Below, one piece after another: positions 41,501-53,672 of a stretch of DNA of 64,000 nt (the stretch's first letter is position 1; the number at the start of each line of letters is the position of its first letter). The stretch covers positions 5,146,001 through 5,210,000 of the forward strand of contig JAYWIR010000006.1 of NCBI GenBank assembly GCA_036172245.1, given 5' to 3'. The position numbers were made by a program, and so were the translations under genes. Under the pieces are notes generated by a model that ran no database searches, had not been told where the DNA came from, and saw nothing but the letters and a program-made list of their open reading frames with translations. Origin of the DNA: Raillietiella orientalis. Taxonomy: Eukaryota.

Positions 41501-42454
41501 TACTTAACATTCTTCCAGGAGTTAACAGCAGATTTACAAATGTTGGAACAGGAAGATGGCATGATTCAGTTCTGTAATGCTGCACAAGAAGTAATGTAAA
41601 ATTTAACTACAGTATTAATTTTTTAACAATAAAGGAAGAAAGTCAAGCATTAGCCATTTTTATTTTGGCAGATAGTTACCATGATAGAAGTGCTTGGCTC
41701 TGTCATGGATAACTCTGTAGTTAATGTAACATGAGGAGTTGCCTAGTTTAAAATGTTTTACATTAAAAAATGTTACATGGAAAACTATTACAGAAACTTA
41801 ACTAGCATTTTGTTCTAGGTAAAGTTCACAATAGGTCAAAAGCAGTTTCATTATATTCATCATCAGGAATTATTCCATCAATTTCCCTGTACCACTTGGG
41901 TAAGTTTATATCTGCAGATCTTTTTAAAGAAGCATCAGTAGTTACGAAACTTGGATTGGGAATTTCATCCATTCAAACACATCTTACATGAAGTTGATAT
42001 TACCTTTCCTCCAACCTATCCATATAGTGAGAATCCAGAACAGGCTGATGTGTATTCTCACAAACGTTGTCCAAGTTGGTGTGATCGTGTAATGCTTAGT
42101 AAGGATGCCTTCCATTTGTTATCTCAGGTAGCTGATGTTTTGGGTCTCTTTGAATGTGTTGTGGTCTAGAATAATGTAGATCAGTCAAGTCCTGCAGTAG
42201 TTTACAGTACTATGGGACCTGATAAGTGCATGGGCGATCACAAGGTAGGAAGGAAACATTTCTTGTTCCTCAGTTTTTTCTAGCCTGTTTACTTGAGCTG
42301 TCAACTTCATCTTCCCCATTGTGTCCTCTCTAATGTAGACCCCATGGATCTGAACGATAAGCCACCTGAATGTTCTGAAAACACCACAGTATTTCACTGC
42401 ATAAGTTATCATCCTGACCATCCAAAGTGCTACTTTAGGGAAACATGTGTATAA
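35546..42454 (+). CDS. INPP5A: Type I inositol 1,4,5-trisphosphate 5-phosphatase, multi-exon (first exons 35546-35596, 36787-36828, 40232-40332, 40386-40473, 40854-40917)
   Basis: MLRCLFITANVGSLFDN; AQQLFPCWIFEFEK; PEFIALHCQEIGGKNY; FTALGSFY; CKWTRKGFMITRW..DLVNLHLFHD; LFGDFNFRL; FPPTYPYSE..RCPSWCDRVML; CMGDHK|PVYL. Ends ..YFRETCV* at 42454. Confidence 0.93.
35997..36064. repeat. Cluster of short palindromes in INPP5A intron 1
   Basis: Perfect 18-bp palindrome AAGTATTCTAGAATACTT (35997-36014) and related hairpin TTCTTAGAATACTT-CTC-AAGTATCCTAAGAA (36034-36064). Confidence 0.7.
38654..38699. repeat. 23-bp tandem duplication
   Basis: AAATTCTGAATGACTTAAACAAC followed by AAATTCTGAATGACTCAAACAAC (1 mismatch). 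Confidence 0.85.
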
Positions 42455-42723
42455 ATTATTTTCGAGTTTCCATCCGTTCTAGTCTGACATGTGATCTCCA
42501 TTGGAATTTTTTTGTTGAAGGAGTGCAAGAGACCAGAACTTCGCAACATTGTGAATAAATGCATGGCTATGATGTGTTGGACAGAAAAATGGGTTCCTGG
42601 AGAAAGAAGAGAACTTTGGGGAATTGTGCTATGCTGTCATGGGATGGGAATGGAAAGAATGTTGTCTCATCACTCTATTTATCTTTTTTGCAGGTATATG
42701 AAGGTTACAAAATATATTTGAAT

Positions 42724-45700
42724 ATGCCAGAAGAATTCTATTTTCCCCGTGGAAAAACTTCCACTTTGTCACATTGTGTGGCACCTAAAATTAATAAAAT
42801 TAAGCAAAAGAAACTTCAGGTACTCCATAAATTGAATTATTTTTAGTTTATGTTTAGCATACTGATTTACAGAAGAAGAAAACAAAGAATGTTCCAAAGA
42901 TTGTAGCGCAGTCAGACACTGAAAACCTGCTCAAAGGTGTTAACAGTAGTGATTCTGGTGTTTGTGCTATACCTCTCCTTGGTTATGGGGTGAGCATCAA
43001 GTCCTAGAACTTGTGATTGTAGCTGTTTGTTTATAAATGGTCAGAAGTTCGGAGTTTATTTTTTTCATTGATTTAATATGAATGTAATGTAATTGCAAAT
43101 TCAACGTCACTGGTATGATGCTTCTTTGTTATTAAAGGATAATATTTGAGAATCAGTAGCATAGATTTAACGTCTTTTTGTTTTGCTACAAATCTTTTAC
43201 GTGTATGATATTGTAACCATGATACTGATCGTTGATATCTGAATGATTACATTTTTTACTGAATAAAATAAAAAGATCTTTTAATCAACAAATTTCCTTC
43301 TTTGCTTTTCCTAGTCTACCAAAAATTGTTTAACCTGGATCCTTTCGGAAGCTAGATTTTATATCAAATGTAGATAATTATTACAAAATTTTATATTGTT
43401 TCATATTTTGTCTTTGAAATACTTTGTATCTATAAGATGGATATAACAGAATGGTTAACTTGCAGTGAGCTGTATGTTAGCAAATTATATGTGAAATGAA
43501 CTGATAGCTTATTTTCAAGTTTGAGAATGTATAAGCTGTTGTCTTTACATATGCTTCTGTATATTCGTGATTCATTACTGGCTCTGTAGGAATTATTGAG
43601 AGCATCCGTTTGATTAAATTCAGTAACTATTAGGTGTGTTGTAGCTTGCTTTTTTTGTGTGTGTTACTGCTGTCCTCAATATAAAAGAAGCTGATTTTTT
43701 TATTCTGAGACCTGTTACATTAATTTTTCCATTTGAGTAACTGTTTCATGATTGAGTACATTTGTTAATAGTTGGAACACATAAAATTGGTTAGAACGAC
43801 GGCTATTGAAAAGGAAAATTGAAAAATATCATATAGACAATAAAATGGCCGTTCACTCATGAACTGCGTGTGCAGCCAAGTCTGTGCATGTTGCCCAAGC
43901 TTGTTTGTCATTTGAGCTTGTTCAAAAGTGTCTTCAGAATGTTTGCAAAAGATTAGGCTGCGTTAAGTGTGCCTGATTTCAAGATGTGATGCCATGTTAA
44001 GTCAAGAATTAAGCCCATTTTAAATGTATTGTTTAGGACTTGGATGACATTCAATTATTACTTGGTTGCGTTTCCGAGGTCACTGATCTTTATCTGTCAG
44101 TATCTCTTCCATTTGACAAGAAAGTACGGATACGGGCTACTAAGGTGGCTAAATTGTACACCAAAATGTTGGAAGGATTTGTAGCTGATGGACAGGTGAG
44201 GCATGTTGTTTCATCTATAATTCACAATTGTCATTAGTCAGAAGTTTCGTCTCTCCAATCCTATTTTGTTAAAGGTCAGTACATTCTTTGCAAGGCACTT
44301 TCATATGATGCTAAGAAGAAAGTGCATGTGGTCACTTGTGATCCCGAAGAGATCAATGGAACACTTTTGCCAGAAACTCTTTCAGTAGGAATGGTGAGCA
44401 GAGATGATGCATATGATGACATGCAGTATGTGGTCTTAGGCAATAAGTGGAGTAGTTACTAGTATCGAAGATCATGGGTTTCTTATTGATGTTGGAATAA
44501 AAAAAATCACTGCATTTCTGAGCAGAGAAGAAGGCAGTCTATATGTAAAGCAGTTGGGCTTGTCATCTGAAGAACTCTGTAAATATTGGTATTTGTTGCA
44601 CTGATTTTGATTGGCAGCCAGCTGTAGGACAACCTGTATCCGGATATATTGCTAAGTGTGTTGGTTTTGCTCTCGTGCTTAGTTGTCAGAAACCTTCAGT
44701 TGTTGATGTCCTCACCATTGATGCCTTGAGACCTGGAATGGTAGTGAAAGTAACTGTGAAGAAGGTATAATTCTTTGTATCAAAAAGTTCTTGAGTTTTC
44801 GTATTGCAGAAATTAAATAATGGCATTGAAGTATCTTTGTTTTCTGGAGTGCTAGCATTCATTCATAATCACCATCTTCCCTCTAAGAACGTTTCTTGTG
44901 GGCAAACTTTGACAGCAGTTGTTCTCTGTTTTTGTGCCAAAAATATGGTTGTTTACCTGAGCTGTCTTCCCAGTCTTCATCTGGGAACACGTTATGCCTT
45001 CCCAGACTCTGTGAAAATTGGACAGACAGTGACAGGCACAGTCAAACGTCGTAGCGCCCGTGGTATCTACTTGAATGTGGGAAAGCACACTGTGTTTATC
45101 TCTAAAACAAATGCACCCAAGGTGAGTACAACGACCCTCGATCAAAGACATTATCTTTATTTCAGCGCAAGTGCAGACAAAAAAAAGCAGAATCAGTATC
45201 CTGTCGGATATGTGGCTATGATTGGATGGATCGCCTCCTCTTAGGGACTATGTTACCGTAAGTCATTACTGTTGCCAACAGGAATCACACTGCTTACAGA
45301 TCTGTCATGAAGCAGACTATAGTTGCTTACGATGATGTAGCTTTAGGTGATTTGCTGCTTTGCCGAATTAGTAAATTTGATAAGAGAGGACTAACCGTGT
45401 CTGTTGGCAATTCTAATAATCAGAGGTCTTCATCTATGGTCTTTGGTTATGTTCCTAGCCTACATTTGGATCACAAAGCTCTCAAGAAGCTAAAGATTGG
45501 CATGACCCTTCAATGTCGAGTGAGCATAAATTGTCAGTTCTAAATATGATGTGGAACCCGATACTTAAGGTCATTAGTGTGGAGCCTGATACCAAACAAA
45601 TCATTTTCACTTGTAGAAAAAGACTGCTAAACTTACAGGAAATAATCACTCATTGTAGTGACGACCAGATGGGCAAAGTTACATTGGGCATGGTAGTTTT

Positions 45701-48413
45701 AGTGGAACCCAATGGAATGTTGTTGTCATTCTTTGGAAATGCAAAGGTCAGTTGTTTCTATGATAGAAATCGTGTTGATCGGTAGCAGGCATGGTGTCCC
45801 CGCTCCAAGTTTGGGGATATATCGACTCAGGATCCTCGTCATAGTTTTCAGAAAGGACAGCTAGTTCGCTGTAGGATTACAGAAACGAATCCAGTTCTGG
45901 GACATATGTTAGCTTCACTCCAGTTACACACAGAATGCCTTCTTTTGGATGCAGGCGTCACATATTCATGCACAGTTACTGCAATCACTGAGCAAGGCGT
46001 AGATGTTGCTGTGGAAGGGTCTCCAGCAGCAGCATGCATACCTACTCTTCATATGTCCGATTTCAAAGATGTTGCCAGAGCAGTTTGGCATACTTTGGCA
46101 GTGGGTGATTCCCTGAAAGCTGTGCTGTGCGACAGAAGAAATCCTGCTGTCCTTTCACTCAAGAAGAGCTTCCTAGAAACTGCTGGAAGTCTCCCACAAA
46201 CATTTGATCAGTTGGAAGTTGGCACTGTGCTTCCTTCAGCTATTAGCCATGTTGTGCCCTATGGGGTGTTTGTAAAGTTTCCTATGCAAGGATACAACAA
46301 GGGTGGATTGGTGCCATTGCGTTATTTACAGGATCATTTCATAAGCAGTGTTTCGGATCCGAACTTGGAGATTCACCAGACACTTATAACAAAAATTAAG
46401 GAACTTACCGAGAATAACAGGAAAACGATGCTTTCAGCACGCCCCTCATTTGTGTGTAACCACCTGGTGAACAATAGTGTAGAGATGCTGGGACAATACT
46501 TATCAGAAGTAAACAACATTCTAAGAAAATGGAGGGAATCCTGCACGGGAAGGAGAGGCATACTGGGCAAATTTGCTGTTGGTCAACCAGTTGAGGGCAT
46601 TCTGCAGCGAATTGACAGTGAATGTTTTCTCTGTATGGAGGATGAACTTAAGCTTCCTGTTCGTGTGATTCCAGGGCTAGGTGTGTGGTGTGTCATTTTC
46701 GCAATGTGAAATGAGTTGATTGTTGTGTGTTTGGGTTTGCAGATATCAGCAGTGATAAATCTGTCATCGAAGGCCAGTTGCTGTTACCTGACCTTGAGTC
46801 GGAATTCTTCTGGTTGGGACCCAACTTATGGGGTCACTCTTACCCCAGAGCTGGAGACAGATGCCTATGTGAAGTGGTGCTGTGCACTGCTGAAGTTATT
46901 GTCGCACGGCTGGTTTCCGAAACAGAAGGATATTTATTTTTACCCAGTAGGACTCATCTGAACGCCTCGCGAAGTTTTCCAAGCGCACGTGTTGGAACTC
47001 AGTGCAAAGTTACAGTGAGAGAAAGGTACTGGGTCGGGAGAGGCCGATGGGATTTCGAAGGAAAGGAATTGCAGCACGAGTGATTCCCGCATCAAGTTCG
47101 CCGTGTGCCAACAGTGGTATGCCGAGACGAAGTTTTCTCTCAAGAGTGACGAAACCCACACGCATTCGTCGCAAAAGCCAACCCAAGACGAAAACAGCGA
47201 ATCCAAAAGTGAGCTTCCGCGGCTGATGTGTGATGAAAGTATCAAGTGGGATGCCACTTTTGATTCCGCGATGCAGGAGAATTCCAGGGTTAGCGAGACC
47301 GAGGAGAGCGACGCTGAGATGACGGATGCAAAGGTGATGCTGCAGAAACCGCACAGATGTGTAAGGGTCGCTGTTCCCCTTTAGCCCCGGAAGCTGAGTC
47401 GCGCCGAAAAGAAAGCCAAGGAGGAAGCGGAGGAACTTGATTTGTGCGAGCGGGAACGTCAGATGCTCGACGAACAAGATCCCAGATCTGCTGACGATTT
47501 TGATCGTCGCCTATTGGCCACGCCCAATGATTCGCGCCTGTGGATTCAGTATGCGGCCTTCGAGCTACAAGCGGGAGAAGTGGAACGAGCGAGAACCATT
47601 TGCCGACGAGCACTGAGTACGATTTCATTCAGAGAGGAGGAAGAAAAGCTCAACGTTTGGACCGCCTTTCTTAATTTGGAGTGTTTGTACGGAAACGAAG
47701 AGAGCGTCAGCAAGGTTTTTGGGGAAGCCGCGCGGCAGTGCGATGCACGAAAAATCCATTCCCGCCTGGCAAAGGCTCTGGAATCTGCAGGCCACGGCCA
47801 GCAGGCGGAAGCGAAATTTGTGCAGCTCACCAAGAAGTTCCGGCAGGACCCATCCGCCTGGATTGAATGCGGGTCCTTCTTCATGCGCAAGGGTGACCTG
47901 CGGCAAATGCGGCAGATTATGCAGCGCGCCCTGAACACCGTGGACACCACGCACTGTATGAGAGATCCGCAGATGCATGCGTTGGGCGGTGGCGGTAACC
48001 TTGGTTTTTTTTAGCCGTGCGCATCCTCACCCAGTTCGCGAAGATCGAGTTCCTCTCGGGCGACTGCGAAAGGGCCCGCACCTACTTCGATCGCCTGCTC
48101 GATGCCTATCCCCGGCGTGTCGACGTGTGGTCGGTCTACGCAGATCAGCTCGTCAAATACGGCAACGTGGGTGCCGCGAGGTAGGCAGCACATCCGTCGA
48201 CCCGCGGTCATTTTCGTCTTCCGTTTCAGAGAGGTGCTGGAGCGGGCCTGTTCTTTGCGGCTCCCCCCGCGGAAGATGCGAGTGTTGTTTAAAAAGCACT
48301 TGGACTTTGAGAAGAAACACGGAACCAAAGAAAGCGTCCAGGAAGTGAAACGCAAGGCACAAGCGTACATCAGTGCTCTGGAAAACTCGGACGTGCACAC
48401 CGAAGGTGTTTAG
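42724..48413 (+). CDS. PDCD11: rRNA biogenesis protein RRP5 (S1 repeats + C-terminal HAT/TPR), multi-exon
   Basis: N-terminal MPEEFYFPRG; LLLGCVSEVTDLYLSVSLP; repeated S1-like segments (VTSIEDHGFLIDVG; YGVFVKFP..GGLVP); HAT region PRSADDFDRRLLATPNDSRLWIQYAAFELQAGEVERARTICRRALSTISFREEEEKLNVW; end KMRVLFKKHLDFEKKHG..VKRKAQAYI. Confidence 0.95.
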
Positions 48414-48449
48414 TCGATTGGCGTTCCGTTCGTCGTTTCAAGCAACACG

Positions 48450-51400
48450 GCGTGCCACACTGTGATATCCATGCAGCTGCCTGGGGCATCTTGACGTAAG
48501 ACTGCGTCTGCTGCAGCAGAACCCCCGTGGAAACCGATGAAGCCGGAAAATTGTCCAGGGAAGAAATAGATCGTTCCGCCCACCGTGTCTGTTGTTTCTT
48601 GTAGACTCGTAGTCTTGATTCGATCCTGGTGCGATGGGGTGCCCAGTCTTTTGGTGCGATTGCCAAATCACACGGAAAACACGGAACGCCGTCGCACTGT
48701 ATTTTTGGGGAGGTTTGGGTGTCACTTGGAAGTGTAGGTGCCTTATCGTAGGGCTAGGTTTTCCACGCTTTTTCTTGCGTGGTCGATACGCTCGGGTAGT
48801 TTGTTTTCTTTTTTTTTTTTCCCGGACGGAATTGAGTTGATTCTTGCTTTTCGCTTTGTGTTCGAGCGAAAGAAAGCCAAGGCCGGATCCACAGAGCTCC
48901 TGCGATGAAGCTGCTCGTTAGCAGAGATCAGGAAGTCGGTCCTGAACCACGAAGAATCGTGTTCGTAGAGGAGCATCAGACTTCGAGCAGAGTAAGTAGC
49001 GCTGGACCGTTCTGTCGACACCGAAGTCTTTTTGGGTGGCCGGTGTGGAGCTTGCGTCCGGTCCGTGCATCCGGAGGAACGGTGGCTGCAGTTTTTTTGT
49101 GGAATTTGAGGGTTCCCGTTCCTCGGTTCCTCATGTCTTGTGCCTTTCGCTTGTGCTTTTTGCGCGTCGTCGGCAAGCGATTCTTGCAACCAGCGCGAGC
49201 AACTTCAATGCATTCCTCTTCCGTTCCCCCCGAACTTGGAAGCCGGCTTCCTCGAAAGTTGGACTTGAAGATCCTCCCTCTGGAGATCCGTCCGGTTGAC
49301 CGTATTAAGCTCTGCAAGCAGCCCAGTTTCCTTCCTGGTCACTGTGAGCGAACTGACATGCTTGTGACCGCGTGCTATGCTTTGATCCATGTTTCCCGTG
49401 GGACGGGGTATGCCTCCTACCGCGACAACGACAGACGCAAACTGCAAAGCATTGAATCATCTGATAGCGACATTCACCCCATGAGGTCAGTAGGCTTCTT
49501 AGTTGAAGTAGTCGTTCGGGACGATACGTGTATCAAGATGCGGCTACACTTCGATCTCAGCCAAAAGGCCGAGAAACGGCTACTCAGATCTGCGGGTGGG
49601 GACACAGCCAGCTGGAATCGCTATTGGCAGCTTTCAGTGTGTAGGATACCACGGTCATGGTGTCACTCACTCGTGATGGTTTGCCAAGTCGGCAGCAGCC
49701 GTCCATCGGATGTCCTCAGGCTGGGCGAACGATTTCCCAGTTCTAATGTGCAACCGAGGCACGATGCGTACATGCATTTCAAGTATTTTTTTCGACTTTA
49801 TTCTGGATGGTTGCAAAAATTTCCTTGAAAGAAGGTCGTTGCTCGACACCACCGCTATGCCTCCACCTGAACGGTCTTTGCTTCGGGTGGTGTTTCGCAA
49901 ACCTGCAAGGCATCTGGATTTCGTTTTCATTTTTAGAATGTTGCAAATCACAATGCCTCAAAAACAGGACCGAATTACTCATACGAGGCGAGCTGGTCAC
50001 TGAGGAAAACATCTACGAAAATGTGTCTCTCAGGAGAGGGAGAGGAGCGAACAGAACTTTAATTATGGCGATCCTGTTTGAATCTGTGCTCCTTGACGGA
50101 GGGCACGATTTCGTGTATCACTCGCAATTGTAAGTATGTGTGTTTCCTTTGGCAGGTGGTCACTGGCTTTCACAAAAGGAGAGACTTGGGCGCGCGTCAA
50201 GACTGCATCGTTCCCCCTCCCCCCTCATAGGTAATTCATCAAGCAGTATGAATTGCAAAAACAAGACTGTGAATTCTCCCAACAAAAACTGTTGACGTGG
50301 ATATGCTTTGAATGAGTTTCGGGATAAGATGCTGGCTTCTATAGAAACTTGAGAAATTTTTCATGAGTGAATGGCTACGGTGGTCCACGTGTGGAAAGCA
50401 TCCTTTGTTGCTGAGGCGCAGGTCACGATGGCGCAGTAATAGGCTCGCAGCTCGGACCGCACCAGCGAACTCCGCCAGAGTCAAGGCGTCGTTCGTGGAT
50501 GATGCCGTCCCTTCGACCAAACTTTAGACCTTGTGAATGCGATCGGGCTTCCCAGCTCTATCTATTTTGCAAGTCGAGCAGAAGAGATGGCGAGTCTGGC
50601 AATCCCGATCGGTTAACCACTTCAGAGCTACCAAATCTCGGCACACGCCAGTGGGAACCACATCAAAAACACAACCAGCGTGCTCAATGCATCCTCACTT
50701 TTTTCCCTGGAACGAAAACCCGCGTTAAAGTAAGGCTCGCGTTTCCTCAGGAAATTCATGGGTTCCTCCCCTCAGTTTATTATATTCAAGCTGATAACAC
50801 TTTGTTGATAAATACTGAGAAGCCGCAATTCTGCTCAGACAAGTGTTGCTCCCAGCTACATCATGCTGACGGGGCGATAATAATATATATATTTTTTTCC
50901 TAGCACTTAATAGAATATTTGCATAACGGTAATCTACTGGCTTCTAGTCTTGCCAATAATTCCAACAGGGATTCATCGAAAATGATAGCAGTTGCTTCTT
51001 CCGTGGTTCTCGGCACCTCAAACCTACTCACATCTCCGTATTTTGCCAAAACAACGGTTAAGTAAGGTTGTTGTCTGCTCAGCACGCGTCATGACGTAGC
51101 AGAACTGTCAACCCAAAATTTCGCGAGATGTGAGTCACAGTCACGGAAGTTGTCGCAGCAGCTTTCGTTTCCAATAATCTCATCTCCACCAACGTAAAGC
51201 CAAAGGCTCTCCTTCACCACGTCAGCAAAAATATTGTGGCAGCATTACTGTCAAGAGTGTTCCAGGTGTTGTTTCAGTGCGTCATCTATATGGTATGATC
51301 TTTCATGCTGAGCCTCCAGACTGATCGTTTTTCATGAAGGAGAATGTTATTTGCCGCAACATCTACGAATACGCGGAAAGACTACAGAGGTCTCGTGTTT

Positions 51401-52800
51401 GGGTGTTGCGGCGTGTCCGAATGCCGCTCCCTACACTACATTCACATCTAGTGTAGCTGCGCCTGTAGTCGCTGAAGGATAAAAGCAGAGGAATCGCTCC
51501 ACTGAGGCTATGTAATCCCAGTATAAGTGATGTGAATTCATGTTGCCATGGATTCAAGCCAATCCTCCGGTTTTCGGTTGCAAGTACACTTCTCACTGTG
51601 ATGGTTTTCATAAATCGGGTCTACTTCTTGATTGCCCTAGCGCGAACGAATCGGATTACACTACGATTTGCCACCAAAGCGACATTTTTTTCCCCTTAAT
51701 TACCAGAACTTTTGCATACTTACGTAGTAATTTCTTTGCCATAAGTTGAGGGGAAAAAATAACTTTTCTCAAACACCTTCAAACACCTTTTCTCATGGGA
51801 CAAAATGATCCACAATTTTTCAGCTGAAACCTTCATTCAGGGATGAGCTACATTCATTCAGGATTGGGGTCTGGGGTGTGCAAACATCTGCCTTGAGTAG
51901 GAACAGTCCACTGCTGCTGCAATTTGAACTGCTATTCTGCAAGTGTTATTGAAGGTTATTTCTTACCATCAACTGAAAACCCCGTGAAAGAAACCCGTTT
52001 CAAAGAAATCGTAATTTATTCGAATCTTCAACCCTCATTTGACCTTTGTGGATCCAGTATGCATTGCATTCGTCACATCAGAAAACACATCATCCGAAAA
52101 CGGGAGCTCGGAACTCTCCACATCGCACTTTCATCGAGAATAGACTGAGACCTTTGCCTGCATCCGAATAGGACGTGAGCCACTACTACTTCGTGACCAC
52201 TGATGGGTTGATTTTCTGCCCACTCGCAGATGCCAACCATATGCAGAAGTTTGAAGTGGTAGGGTCTCTTGGCCACCATTCTTCGTCAGGTTTTTCAAGG
52301 GCACGAAATGCCGTGGCCTACCATATCCCGTGAGGGAAAGCATAGCAAAAGATGATGTCATGCAAGAACCAGTCGACCAGCAGCGTCACACGAGTGTGTT
52401 TCAGAAATTACATCAATCACGCTTACGGCGTTTTGGCTGGGGAATAAACCGAAAAGGTGGAAGCACATGGGTAGCCTTCTCAGAATTCTGGAGAATCTTC
52501 CTGCGCAGTCTCGGAATGTTTCGCGATTTCTCTGCAAGAGGAACGATGCCTCTTCGCTCAACAAGTTGGTATGTTCAGAAAAGGTTAAGATATCTTCCCT
52601 CGACATTAAGGGGATCCGAAAAGCTTTGTTCATGTTAGCATCCACCTATGCACCGTGGAAGAGACTTCGACCTTCGTTGCCGACAGCGTCTCTCTTCAGC
52701 GCCAAGAAGAGTGTGCTCTCCGAAATTGCCTTCAGCGTATTCATGGGCCCATTTGCCTTCTCCGTCTTAGTTTCCCTCTGTTCATAGGAACGACTCTCCT
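48450..52800 (-). mobile_element. Degenerate Ty3/Gypsy LTR retrotransposon internal region (gag-RT-RNase H-integrase)
   Basis: Minus-strand order: gag-like SEEASFLLQRNRETF..F..L..CF (~52450); Zn knuckle RCG..C.F*CDEC...H (~52080); RT FLQFILLDE (~50240); RNase H HVSSRTTTST (~49510); integrase VPPDAR..KLHTGHP (~49050) and PQKYSATAFRVF..H.KT.HP..PGSN (~48650). LTRs not identified. Confidence 0.65.
49544..49580 (-). pseudogene. U2: U2 snRNA 5'-fragment pseudogene (37 nt) inserted in the Gypsy remnant
   Basis: Minus strand GCCGTTTCTCGGCCTTTTGGCTGAGATCGAAGTGTAG versus ATCGCTTCTCGGCCTTTTGGCTAAGATCAAAGTGTAG (5 transitions in 37 nt). 7-bp direct repeat CGGCTAC at 49541-49547 and 49577-49583. Confidence 0.85.
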
Positions 52801-53657
52801 TCCTAATGGTCTCACTACTTTTCGTATTCCTTTTAAAGCATCAAAAGGTACAGCTTTCAATTTAGCAACTCAAACACAAGCAACTAAGTAAGGTAATGAA
52901 GAGATGTAGCAGCAATTTCTACCTGAAAGTTAGTTTTGAACTCCGTCTTAGTTCCCTAGCGGCAGAATTAAAACGTAAAAAGGGAAATCAGTCAACCAGA
53001 ACATTTCCGGAATTTTTGGGGCTAACGGGCTGGAACTATGAGATCCAAGATCACTGATGAACTTCACATCGCAAGTAACAAACATTAAGCGATCCTTCAA
53101 GATTCCTTATTTCAATTTTCGCTAATTATAGCACTTCATATGCTCAAAATGAGACAAGCAATCTTGGCCCTTGACTCGTCCATAACGAGATGAAATGAAA
53201 TGCTTTGCAGAAAACCAGATTTCTCCAAAGAGCAATACAAAGAAAAATATTCAATTCTTGGAAGATGCATTTTCATCATTTAATTTGAAAGTTCGATGAC
53301 CGAAAAGGGAGCAAAGAAAAAACAAGTCTAAATTATGATTATGGTTCATGTGGAAATAGATCCAAATAGACTGCATCATTTTGATGAATTGAAAGTTTTT
53401 TACGATATGCAAATTTATGGAGACTTAAAACATATAAACGGAAAAAGCAAGAGTGCTTTTTCAAAGAGTAACTGAACTTAATCCATAGGATTACCGTAAG
53501 AATGTTTCTAAAACGAATAAGGATAGCCGACTCATTTTAACTGACGGTTCCAATAGAGATTATTAAGAGTTATGTTGTTTGATGATTACTTCACATTCAC
53601 ACGGTTTCTTGAATTGAGAAAGAAAACAACGAATGTGAAGTGGGAACACTCATGTGT

Positions 53658-53672
53658 GCGCGCAAATTTGAA
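53658..53672 (+). promoter_or_regulatory. CDE/CHR-like cell-cycle promoter element upstream of MELK
   Basis: GCGCG-N4-TTTGAA, the canonical CDE to CHR spacing, about 350 bp upstream of the MELK ATG. Confidence 0.5.

Noticed and set aside
43190..43262. C/D box snoRNA in the RRP5 intron
   Set aside because: No canonical RTGATGA box with a terminal stem; only partial ATGAT and CTGA words.
48905..49828. 307-aa plus-strand ORF
   Set aside because: It is antisense to the Gypsy pol remnant and has no recognisable domain; probably a chance ORF in GC-rich sequence.
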